Below the pieces are notes generated by a model. It was not told the DNA's origin, did no database searches, and saw only the letters and a program-made list of their open reading frames with translations. A stretch of 64,000 bases of DNA from Parasitella parasitica NRRL 2501 (taxonomy: Eukaryota; Fungi; Mucoromycota), in assembly GCA_025201805.1 (NCBI GenBank), contig MU619355.1, positions 36,496-100,495 on the forward strand, given 5' to 3'. The translations under genes and the position numbers were made by a program. This document shows, piece after piece, positions 49,018-64,000 of the stretch. The first letter of the stretch is position 1. Every line of letters starts with the position of its first letter.

Positions 49018-52000
49018 TTAAAGGGAATCCATACGTTGGGGTTTCTGCTTTTCATTCAGATTCACCAAAGCAATCAGCTTTTGGACATTTTGCAAGTTTA
49101 ACTAGAAGAAAAAGTCAATATCGATCACTAGTTGTCAACACAATTAACGTTGACTTACATAACTGGGAATATAAGAACTGGCGACAACATTATGTGGTTC
49201 GGGCTGGTCATAGTCACTGTCTTCTATGGACACATTGTCTAGCAGTAAAATATCTCCTGTGTCGCTGCTACTGACGCGAGATGCAACAGCTCTCAGAATT
49301 TCGTTGCTGATAGGATCCTAAACCATCAAATGTGGATCAGCTCCCAAGCATCATTCATAATACGGTGCAAAAAAAAAAAAAAAAAAAAAAATACAAACCT
49401 CGTAGTCTGCAACACAGTAATTTTGAATCAACTTTTGGACTTGAGTGGGAGCAAGGAACCAGCAGACGTCGTAAATGATCTTGATGTCCTCCAAGGTTGC
49501 CTTCTTTAGTTGCAACAGTTTGGTGGCCTGCATCAAGTGTTCCAATTGATTCGTTGCTTCAGACACCTCGTGGGCCTTGCACCATTCCTCCAGGCGTGTA
49601 ATGTTGTATTGGATTTGCATGGCTCTCTTCCACGAGTTAAAGTTGCGTCTCATGACCAGATCGTTAAAGGTAGTGATGCCAATTAGCTTGAGCAACTCTG
49701 TCAAGACTTGCTCGACGACGTACGGTTCGACATAGTAGGACTTCATGGTGCGGTAGATTCGGTTCAGGTAGTTGAGAAGATCGTCCATGGAATAAGCGGG
49801 CTGGTTATTGTTTGTAAGCAGCTTGCCAAAGAATCGATTAGAATCGCTTGCAATGAATCCAGGCAAAGACTGGTTCTCAATGACAGCTGGGATGGCCATT
49901 TTGTTCAGCTTCTTCTTGAGCTCCGATAGCCAGTGGTGGTAAATGTTGTCTTCCAAGCATTGCAGCTCAAACTTCATGGTCGAAACCAGCTTTTCAAAAT
50001 CATGCCATCCTACAGCACGACGACCATGGATAGAGTTGTAATGCATTTCTCTTTCAAGCTCTTGTTCGACAGAGTAAATCAACGACAGCAGCTCGTGAGT
50101 GTTTGAGAGCCAATACGAGCAAGGCACGATGGTATCTTCGCCTGTGAATGATAGACAATCCTTTTGGATAGTGTCCATGGCTCTAAAAAGCAATCTTTCC
50201 GATTCTGCCAAGTAGCCAAGACGCCACATCTGTGTCACTACTTTGCTGATAATGTGAACAGGGAACACCACCTCTTCACGAGCAGGCAACTTTTGCAGTT
50301 CGGGCGGGACAATCTTGAGCGTCTGGATCAAACCTTCAATGATTTCTTCTTCTAGACCCTCACTGTCTTGTAAAAGAGCGTTGATCGCGTCTTCAGGGTT
50401 GCCGACCTTTTCAGCGTCAAGACTACCGCGTTGTCCGATTTCTTTAGGCACCATTTGCTCAGGCTCGGCGTAAATTACTTTGGTAGCAGGGCCACCAGTG
50501 GGTTCGAATCTTCTGTCTACACTGCTGTTACGACGCACAGCCAAAGAGCTTGGGGAGCGTCCACGAGGATCAGCGCTTGGTGAGCGATTGCGGTTGTAAT
50601 CGGGGGAAATTCCGCGACGATCGCCACGCTGAGGAGAGAGAGTGCGATAAGTGTTGATAGATGCTTGACGCTTAGGGTGGTTTTTAAGAGATTGAGAAAG
50701 CTGCGCCTTTAGGGCTACGATTTGGCTCTTGAGTTCAGCTACATCCTCGTCGCCAGCCACAAAAGAGGTACCAGCAGGACTAACAGGAGATCTTGATCGC
50801 TGCTGCTGATTTTGAGCTTGTTTCAACTTTGCAATTTCATCCTTATGGTGCTGCAGCTCTTCGCTCAAACGAGCAATTTCCACATCCTGCTTTTTGATGC
50901 GCTCCAAAGAATTTTTGTAGTCAGTCTGAATACCACTGCGTTCAACTTGCAAACTCTCGAGTTGGCGCTCAAGCTCTGAAGTGTCGGCGGATTGCTCCAA
51001 TGACTTGGCCTTCTCACCCAGCTTTTCGTATTTATCGCTCCACTCTTTAACCTGCATCTCGAGAGCATCCGCCTTGAGACGAAGCTGATCTTTCTCGTCT
51101 TTGTACTGAGTGACGCTCTGCGTTAATTCGACTACCTTGCTTTCGAGCTTGTAAGAGACTTCCTTGAAATGGTTTGCAGAACGGGCGTCTTGCTTGAGCA
51201 GCAAGAGCTGTTTGCGAGCCAAGCGACGACGCACACAGGCTTGGACTCGAGTAGCCATTTGGCGTTTAGCCAGGAACTCTTTACGTACACGCCATCCACG
51301 AACCAGGCTTTGGATCTTGATTGCAGCGAAATGTTCTTGAATATGGGCAAACTTTTTGCGAGACAAGTAAGTTCTGCAAGCAGCCTGCATGTGAACGACA
51401 AAGGCTTGTTGTCGCAGGTAGCGTTTGCGTTGAATGTAGCGACGCCATTCGGTTTGAATCTTAAGGGCGGCAATGTTCTGGCGAGCCAGTACTAGGTTTC
51501 TGGCGCCCATCTTCTGTCTAGCCACGCGCTGCAGTCTTGAAATCAGATCCAATTTGCGCAGATAGCCGATGCGAACGATAAAACGACGCATGTTCTTTTG
51601 CAACAAGATGGTGCATTCGTCCCAGCGATCTCGTCTGCACTTTTCCAGATAGGCAAGCTGTCCTGCGCGGAAAAAGATCTTGGTCAAGCCAATCTGGTAC
51701 TTGTCAGAGTCTTTAATGTATTTTTCCAAAATAACGTGGCACAGCTTGTTGATGTCTGGCGAAAGATTAGGATCCCAGTACTGCGATTTGACAAGCGCAT
51801 AGAATCTGTCGGCAAAGTCTTCAAACGTCCATCGAGACGGATATCCGGCACAACTAATACGGATGGTTTCCAGCACACCACAAGCACGCAGCTGAGACAA
51901 GACCATATTTGGCTCGAATCCCCATGCCACCTTTGCCTCGTTAGGCTTGATACAACGAATATAGTGCACGTTGGTTTGGCTAATAGTGTCCATCAAGCTG

Positions 52001-54313
52001 ATCAACGACAGTTTGAAAATAGAGCCCAATGTAGGCTTTTTAGCAATGGCCATGCCAACCTTTTTGGCTGGGGTTGGCTATTTCGCAACAAGTTAATATC
52101 AGAGTAGGTCTCAACGTGCTGGAATCATTTATACGTGTACCTTTGCTTCTTGGCTTGCAGTAGAAGCAGCGGCGGTGGCTGTCTGAAGCATATCCACAAG
52201 GAATGCAGACTCTGCATTTTGCAAAAGCGTCAAAAGTTCATCGGGCACCGTGTCTTTGTTTTTGTCAATGAAGCCTTCGGCATCGTATTCTACTTCATGG
52301 GCATAGTGAACAACAGTGAAAGCACTGTTCGAGAAGCGAGGCTTTTTAAAGTAATCCTTGTATTTTGAGTCCCCAAAGTTAGAGTAAAGCTTGTTGATGA
52401 ATCCCTGATCTGTGCCTGAAGGCAATCTTGATTCCTCGTCCAACAATGACAAGATGCCCAGCTTTGATTCAATCACTTCAATGCACATTTGATTATCGCT
52501 GAAATCAATGAATTTCCAGTCAATCTTTTCCTTGACGTATTCTTCTTGTTCCAGTTTGAAAACGTGTTGATTGAATTGCTGCTGCAGCTTTTCATTGGCA
52601 TAGTTGATGCAAAACTGTTCAAAAGAGTTCTTTTTAAAGTGCTCGAAGCCGTAAATATCCAGTACACCGATGAATGCGCGCACGAGTCCCTCTTCCTGAC
52701 ATGACAAACTGTCATTGACTACTTTGACCAGCCAATCGAACAAACTAGCATAGATGTATTTTGCAACAGAGTCTCTGACAACAGTCGCTTGAGTAGGGTT
52801 CAAATTCTTGACAATCTTTTCATTTCTAGTGATGATTTGTTTTTTGAGCAGCCATTTTTTGAATTCTGATGTTTTGATGCCCAGTAACTTTGTGGCTGTG
52901 ACCAATGCAGGCTGATCTTCGCTAAGAGTAGCATCTTGTCGTCCGCCAATTTCGATATTACCAATGTGAAGCAAGGCAGCCAATAGTTTGAAAATCTGCC
53001 ATTGCGCTTCAACAGAAATGCCGACCAAGGATAGCGATTTTTGTGTCAATTCAAATTCTGCTGCATCGTCCACGCCAGGGATAGATCCTTCGCCACCTTG
53101 ATTGAGATAGTGAAATTTACTCCAATCGCTCAATTCCAAATTCTTGCGCTCATTGGGCGGGGCGCCTGTACACAGCTAGACAAAGGAGGTTATTGGCCAC
53201 ATACCTTTTTGGTCCATATCAAAAAATCATTACCTGGTAAAAGACGTGGTAATTTCTTTCGCTTTCGGGCTGGAAAATCAACCTTGATCTTTCCAAGAGG
53301 TAGGTTCTGATCTTGGCGCCCACAATATTGCAGCGATTATCAAATTGGATCTCAATGTATTTGCCGAATCTTGAGCTGTTGTTGTTTCTTGTAGTCTTTG
53401 CATTACCAAAAGCTTCCATGATTGGATTTGTGGCTAAAAAAATAAAATAAAAAAATAACACGTCAGTACAAATGTTGGACGATTCGGCTTGGAGGATATC
53501 CAACATACCCATAATTTGCTCTTCCACTTCGGTCATCCCCTGGGATACATTTTTTGTTTTTCCAGATTCCTGGTCATCAGCTGTTGCAAAATATCTCATG
53601 ATATGGGTAGCAGACACAGTTTTACCAGCACCACTTTCGCCAGAAACAACCACTGTCTGATTCGATTTCTCTCTCACCATGCATCTGTAAGCATCTTCTG
53701 CGATGGCAAACAAATGTGGCTCTAGCTCGCCACGTCTTCTGCCAGAATACTGCTGAATAATATCAGGTTCATATAAGGGCACCTTGGCAAATGGATTTGC
53801 TGCGATCAGGACAATACCAGAATAAGTGTAAATATTGCGTTGGAAATAGCGTGCTCGAATTGTATTTAAAACTTTATGAAAATAAATAAATAAATAAAAA
53901 AAAGGTACCAGGTTTCAGTAAAGGCATTTGTGGAGATTGTTCCTAAATTACCTGAAGGCTCGTTCAAATAACTGAGATTAGTCAAATCTTCAGTGTTCTC
54001 TATTTTTGGTGGGTTGCGAAGTGGCGGTAGATTGGCGCCCTTTTGCTTCTCGAGTAGCGCATAAGTAGATTCGAATGCATGTTGCTGTAATTTGAAGTTG
54101 TTTAAAACCTTAAAAATACGTCAAAATCAGACTTTAACTTACTCTTGTTTCGTCGTTGTCGTCTTGGAATATGATCTTGACGCCTGTTCCTGATTCCTCT
54201 TTTGTCAGAACAGAGGCTGACACCCAAGCCTCGTCGTCATCTTCAAACCAGGCTTTGGTGCCTTTAGTATATACTTGAACAGCTTGCGCAACTCCCGAAG
54301 ATAAACTGTCCAT
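49018..54313 (-). CDS. MYO2: Class V myosin heavy chain
   Basis: [10 protein letters not shown]-loop; NNNSSRFGK; LDIYGFE; IQ repeats; coiled coil; DIL domain ([26 protein letters not shown]); several introns. Confidence 0.96.
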
Positions 54314-55193
54314 ATGTAATCTTTATAGCTTGCTTTTGATTTGCAATAATTTATGAGAAAAAAAAAAAAAAAAAGTACAAGAGAAGAAGAGAAGAAAGAA
54401 GCCTAACAACATATTATTTTAAAGTCTTTTTTTCTTTATGTGATACAAGTGTTCCGAAACTGAATATATTACGGATTAGGCAACTCTAAATAAAGGGGAT
54501 AAATACTCTCTTTTTATATGCGCCCATTGTTTTTTGAGCGTGTACTATACGCAAGCTTTTTTTTTTTTTTTTTTTATCATAACTATTAAAATAGCCCTCC
54601 ATTGCTTGCTATTGGATCAAGTATCATTTTAGAAAAGCCCAATCTGCAAACATCTTTACCTAATCTTAATAATTTCAAAGCGTGGAGAAAGTTGAATGAA
54701 ATATAAAAAATGATGTCAATGTTTACTTGGACCGTTCAAAGAGTGTAAAAGGCACAATTGCATCGATTATGGGTTAGTATTCATAATATCTTTTACCGTA
54801 CAACGGACAAGAAAATACTCTAGAAATGACAATTAGTGGCTTGAAAAGTAGGTCGACTTTCCAATCATCTGACCAGTTTTACGTCTCAATCTCAAGGATG
54901 CAACCTTATAATCAGATTCATCATATTTATCGATGCAGTGAGCAGTAGCTAAAGTTATCACATGAATCTCAGTTACGAAAATATCTGATAAAGAAGATTT
55001 TGCAGAATAAAACTTCAAGTAGTTCCAACAGTCGATAATAAAATTCGTAACAATCACAAATTTGAGTGATTCATTAGGCTGAATTTATCTTGTACATTTA
55101 TAAACAGGATCTTGGCACTATAGACATAGAGAGTCTACTGCATAAAAAAAAGGGTCTTTATTGTACAAAATGATGGAGGAAAAGTTTTTAGAT

Positions 55194-56563
<1,370 letters not shown>

Positions 56564-58079
56564 TTTAAGTTTTAGTATCTTTACAAAGAGAAGACGGGTG
56601 GGGAATCGTGTTATTTATTAGCATAACATCGGCAATCTAAACAAAGAAGGTTTGCGGTCACCAAAGCAGAGAGATGAGATGATCGCATCCATTTAAGGCA
56701 ACTTGTTCTTGATTCGATTATCATCCATCTGTCTTTTTTTGTCGTCTGAGAAGCTCTCTCTCTTTTTCCATGTAATGGAGAAAATAAATAATTTGTCGAA
56801 TTGCTTTATTGCTGCATTATATTTATCAAGGCCCAATTACCCTGCTCGAGTGTTCACGCAGCGTATAGAAGGAGGAATGCGGTCAATGTCCATAATTTTA
56901 CATAATTTGACATGGTTTACTGCACCCAATTCGCTGCTTGCTTTTCCCAAATGGCGGGTGTCATTAGATCAGGGTTTGATTGGCAATTATCTATCACATT
57001 GATGAAATTTTAAAATGAGTGCATTTTGCAATAAGCTTGGATTCGAGACTGTCCCTACGGTCGACTTGCTTCAGAAACAGGTACACTTGGAACATTGAGT
57101 TGTTTGAGTCGAGACTTTTTTTCTTTTTTTTTGTGTATATTAAACATGAACCAGACTGTGGTACGCAATGTGTTTCTGTTTGATGTAGAGTCTCAGGCTC
57201 TTTGTCCTTGTCAACACACCGTCGTCCTACTGTCTCTAAACGCATTGCAGCTTTGATCTACACTCACCAATTGTTCTTTTAACCCTACTTTTTGCAATTG
57301 CTGAGATAGCAGTTCTCGTCTTCCGATAGATCCCTCTCTCCACTCATCTGTAAACCCATTTTACTGGAGCCAGCTCACGGTGGTCATTGCTCGGGTTCGT
57401 TTGTGGGAGGTTTCCATTACTTTCTTTTTGCTCGTCCACCAAAACTGCAAGTTTGCCCGGCCATTTATCAAACATACCTCTCCTCTTTCTCTCTTTCTCT
57501 CTGACTTTAATCTCTCTGACTCTAATCTCTTGGAGCAATTATTAACCATCTTGACATGCACTTTCACTCGTGGTAGTTCGCTTCCTTGTTCACTCTTCTC
57601 CACGGATCAAATCTTTAATTGTCCCTAATTGACAGGTTGGCAAGCTCATTGGCGCATTGTTTTCGACAAACATCCCGTTTCTTCCTCAATCAGTTATTTA
57701 TTACTTTGTACTGACTTGTTATACTATGCTCTTTGTATCTTTTTCCTCTCTTTCACCATTATTTTTTATTATTTGTATTCAAGAATTAAATATCTGAACT
57801 CATATCGCTAGATTCAACAATACCAAAATATTTGTTGCAGTATCTTTTGTGTACATTGGGAGAAATTGCACTCTAGAGAATGGGAAATGCAGCTTCATGC
57901 CGTCATTAGTCCTATCCAATCATTTGTCAAGTTATGGATGGAAAAGCTGCATTTCTCGAATGAGGTGCATCCAGCAAAACTTGCCCATTTTTCATATGCC
58001 GGCCAAGAAATACTCTCTAGCACATTTTATCCTTGTGTGTACTTTTGAATTCTCTTTCTCTCTTATTGCTGCTATCTGA

Positions 58080-60412
<2,333 letters not shown>

Positions 60413-60478
60413 TTGTTTTCCTGTTTAGTAATAATAATCTTAATAAATATTTTAAATATATAAACAATTCCCTAGATA

Positions 60479-61728
60479 TCACTCCCCTTGAGAAGCCGTA
60501 GTTAATTGGGAGTTCAATAAATCTTCAGCCATGTCATCATCTTCCTCGTTATCCGCTTTTCGCATTGACAAAGGGTCGTCAAATGTAATCCCCTCAAACG
60601 GCTCATCCTCCCCCTTTTTGCTGTCAGCGTTCTTCCTGTCCTTCTTGGCCTTATAATAAACCATGCTACCATACTCTTCACTTTCCTTCATAATTTGTTT
60701 GGCTTCTTGCAGGTCAATCTTGTTGTCACGGTCTTGTCGAATCAAGCGAAGTCCTGTTTCAGGGACCAAAATTTGTTGGATGAATTCTACAGGTGTCAAA
60801 GGTTTGACATTGTTGAAATCAATAATCGATGTCTCTAAATATTGTCCAAACAGTGTTTGCATGATGGCATCGGATCCCTTGACACCATAGTATCCAGGCT
60901 ATTGCAGTATGTAATTAGCCGGACCTCCGCTTTCATAATAGTTTGCACCTACCTTAAAATCCTCAAAAACAACAAGAAGCTCTTTTGTACTTCTTGCCTT
61001 CACTCCTAATTTTTCAAAACGACTGTAGGCAGCATCTAAATAAGTACTGGGCACTCTGCGCTCGATAATTCCCAAAATTTCATCTTGAAACAGAGTTATT
61101 CTGTCGGCAATGGCATCAAAATCAATATGCTCTGGGTAGCCCTTTTTTCTGCCCAGAGGTTTAAATACCAATTCAATCTGATGTGTTCTACAAACAAGTC
61201 TTTTGTCATTTGCGGATATGCCAGCAGTCTTGACTATAAAAGGCATTATAAACATATTGTTCTTTTTGCATTCCATCGCTTCTAATTCGTATTCTTTAAG
61301 CTGTTCCTTTTCGTACTGGATTTGATTTTTCTCAAGTTTCTTGATAAGACGATTCAACTTGTGAGGATAAGGAGGAAAGATTGTATCTCCACAAAATGGG
61401 CAATCAAACCCTACATGCAGCGAAATGAGTGAATCATCAAGGCAAACGACACGTTTGAGATTTGAAATTGCATACCCTTTTTTTGAGATACCTTTCCTGC
61501 CTTTACCTCTTGGATTGTTTCTTCTGAAATAGCGTCTTTTTCTTCTGTCCTTTCTTCTTTTTTGGGCGGTTTTCTTTTTGGTAAAACTAATTTTCTACCG
61601 CGAGCACTTTCGATAGTAAGCTGCTCATTATTATCAGCAGGATGTGAGTCTTTGGCGTTGGTTGGCTTTTTTTTCTTTGCACTCGATGATGGGGTGTTTC
61701 TCAAAGATCTTTTTCTCGTCTTTTCCAT
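60479..61728 (-). CDS. RTC4-like domain protein
   Basis: CPFCG..CRTHQ..GYPEHIDF; PGYYGVKG; EFIQQILVPETGLRLIRQD..ESEEYG; two introns. Confidence 0.82.
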
Positions 61729-62559
61729 AGTTCCTCTTCTCTATGCAATGCTGGAGAAATTGGTGAACAAAACAGCAACTGGCTGCTACAAAAACTAATG
61801 AAGTTGCTTAATTCGTGTTGCACAGCAGTCATCATAGTGCGGTATGCAATAAAAGTTTTCACGTTAGCTTAAATGCAANNNNNNNNNNNNNNNNNNNNNN
61901 NNNNNNNNNNNNNNNNNNNNNNNNNNNNNNNNNNNNNNNNNNNNNNNNNNNNNNNNNNNNNNNNNNNNNNNNNNNNNNNNNNNNNNNNNNNNNNNNNNNN
62001 NNNNNNNNNNNNNNNNNNNNNNNNNNNNNNNNNNNNNNNNNNNNNNNNNNNNNNNNNNNNNNNNNNNNNNNNNNNNNNNNNNNNNNNNNNNNNNNNNNNN
62101 NNNNNNNNNNNNNNNNNNNNNNNNNNNNNNNNNNNNNNNNNNNNNNNNNNNNNNNNNNNNNNNNNNNNNNNNNNNNNNNNNNNNNNNNNNNNNNNNNNNN
62201 NNNNNNNNNNNNNNNNNNNNNNNNNNNNNNNNNNNNNNNNNNNNNNNNNNNNNNNNNNNNNNNNNNNNNNNNNNNNNNNNNNNNNNNNNNNNNNNNNNNN
62301 NNNNNNNNNNNNNNNNNNNNNNNNNNNNNNNNNNNNNNNNNNNNNNNNNNNNNNNNNNNNNNNNNNNNNNNNNNNNNNNNNNNNNNNNNNNNNNNNNNNN
62401 NNNNNNNNNNNNNNNNNNNNNNNNNNNNNNNNNNNNNNNNNNNNNNNNNNNNNNNNNNNNNNNNNNNNNNNNNNNNNNNNNNNNNNNNNNNNNNNNNNNN
62501 NNNNNNNNNNNNNNNNNNNNNNNNNNNNNNNNNNNNNNNNNNNNNNNNNNNNNNNNNNT

Positions 62560-63290
62560 TTTGAGCCAGACGAGAAAGATAGACCAACAGTAAAGGCAGT
62601 GTTTGAGCCAGGTGAGAAAGCAGGGGTGTTTGAGCCAAATGGAAAGGAGGACCATTAGTGTTCAATTTCTTGGTTGCAGAAGCGAGTAATAACGCAACAT
62701 CGTCTTGAGTACTGTCCTTTACGTCAAATACAAACAAAGAATCGTCCAAGCCGCCATTTGCGCTAAATCAGACAGGTTTGTTTCGAATGGTAAACGTAAA
62801 AGAAGGAGCAGCAGTGTATTGTTATTGCAGAGTATATAAGATGAAACGGTCGTGGTACGGTATTTTCACTTCTGTTATATTGCCTCCTCCTATAATAATG
62901 TTGAATTCAATTAATTGAATGCTTAATAATGCGGTAAAGCTGCTGAAGTTAGTCTGTCCATCACAAACATGGCGCGATTCATTTGCAGCATCACCAATGC
63001 AAGGCACTGGTATTTCATCCGCCTCAGAGTTAACTGGCCTTTCTGGCAAATTATTGGATACATGCGAAAATGTTCTTACTTTTGCAATACCCCCATTATT
63101 GCAGATACAGTTTCATTCCATGTATTATGCTCTCGCAGACTGTGCTCTCCAAAAGAAATCCACCATAAAGGATAAATGGATCATATTACTTATATCGATA
63201 CGATTTCTGCATCTGATCACGATTCCCGCCTTTGTCCAAAGCAATCTTCTGAGTCCTCTATTCATCCCAATTTCGCAAAAAAGGGGGTTT
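62560..63290 (-). pseudogene. Degenerate coding-like remnant of unknown family next to a gap
   Basis: Broken frames with internal stops; repeated motifs (YDPFILY/YHDRFILY; three HLAQ-like repeats near 62560-62640). Confidence 0.25.
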
Positions 63291-63855
63291 GACACTGTGT
63301 AAACTGAATGATTTTTTAGCTATTATCTCTCTGCCAGTCGAGGATCATACTGTGATCGACACCACATCGTTTATTCCGTCTCTCAATATATGTTTTCTGA
63401 GCCGTCTATAAAATCCTACCGCACTCTGTGCAGGCCTAGGGAAGCTGATACTCCGTCACAAAATTCCTTGCCAATTGCTATTACACTGTTTTATCCCTAA
63501 CTTCTTTCTGTCTCCTGCTTGCGCCCTCTGCTCTCATTTCAATCACACACACTGGGTCATTTTCATTTCTCGCGTCCCATCAAACTGCTAGTGTCATGCG
63601 TGGACTAAAATATAAAGACTGCCAGAGAAAGCGATTAGCAGCACAACAGCTAAGCTTTGCAAGTAATATTTACTGTATGTTGCAATGAAAACTACCAAGT
63701 ATTTAGCACTGATACACATGTGATGGTATACATTTCGCGATTTATACTAAACAATACCGTATACCGTCTACAACGTAAGCCATGTAGAGCAGCAGAAGCA
63801 AGTGCTACAAGTTATCATTATCGAATGTAAAAAAGTAGGTTCCCAAATAAATTTG

Positions 63856-64000
63856 GGTTCCCAGCCAAATGGGAACCTGATCGAATATCAGCCAATAAGC
63901 TGCTCGATAACAAAAGTTATTTGAACAACTAGGTTCCCAGCTAAATGGGAACCTGATCGGATATCAGCCAATAAGCTGCTTGATAACAAAAGTTATTTGA
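63856..64000. repeat. 76-bp tandem repeat (at least 2 units, runs off the window) built from short inverted repeats
   Basis: Units start at 63856 and 63932 with near-identical sequence. Confidence 0.9.

Noticed and set aside
63856-64000. 76-bp unit as a tRNA gene or CRISPR array
   Set aside because: No closing acceptor stem or T-loop/B-box consensus, no unique spacers, and the context is eukaryotic

Overview
Intron-rich eukaryotic genomic DNA, most likely from a Mucorales fungus (short ~55-70 nt introns, poly-A/T tracts, Mucorales-type DIRS and Tc1/IS630 elements). Most assembly gaps sit beside homopolymer runs. The window holds about 21 apparently intact protein-coding genes (one truncated by the left edge). 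These include a PLD6/Zucchini-like enzyme, a ferric reductase, RCM1/NSUN5, an aquaglyceroporin, a WW protein, SPT8, TFA1, RIM20/PalA, a 3R-MYB + C2H2 transcription factor, a carboxylesterase, a Sec7/PH protein, myosin V, LYS12, a USP7-like protease and an RTC4-domain protein. A decayed transposon nest lies at about 13.4-21.6 kb. Highlights: (1) an intact six-exon PD-(D/E)xK-like nuclease gene inside the dead TE nest; (2) a Sec7 domain lacking its catalytic glutamate and inserted into a split PH domain; (3) a short USP7 paralog ending in a CaaX box; (4) a probable two-promoter aquaglyceroporin with alternative N-termini; (5) four ATCWGATAA iron-GATA sites upstream of the ferric reductase; (6) several GC-AG introns; (7) a hairpin-rich 76-bp tandem repeat at the right edge. 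All gene models were read by eye and no database searches were run.
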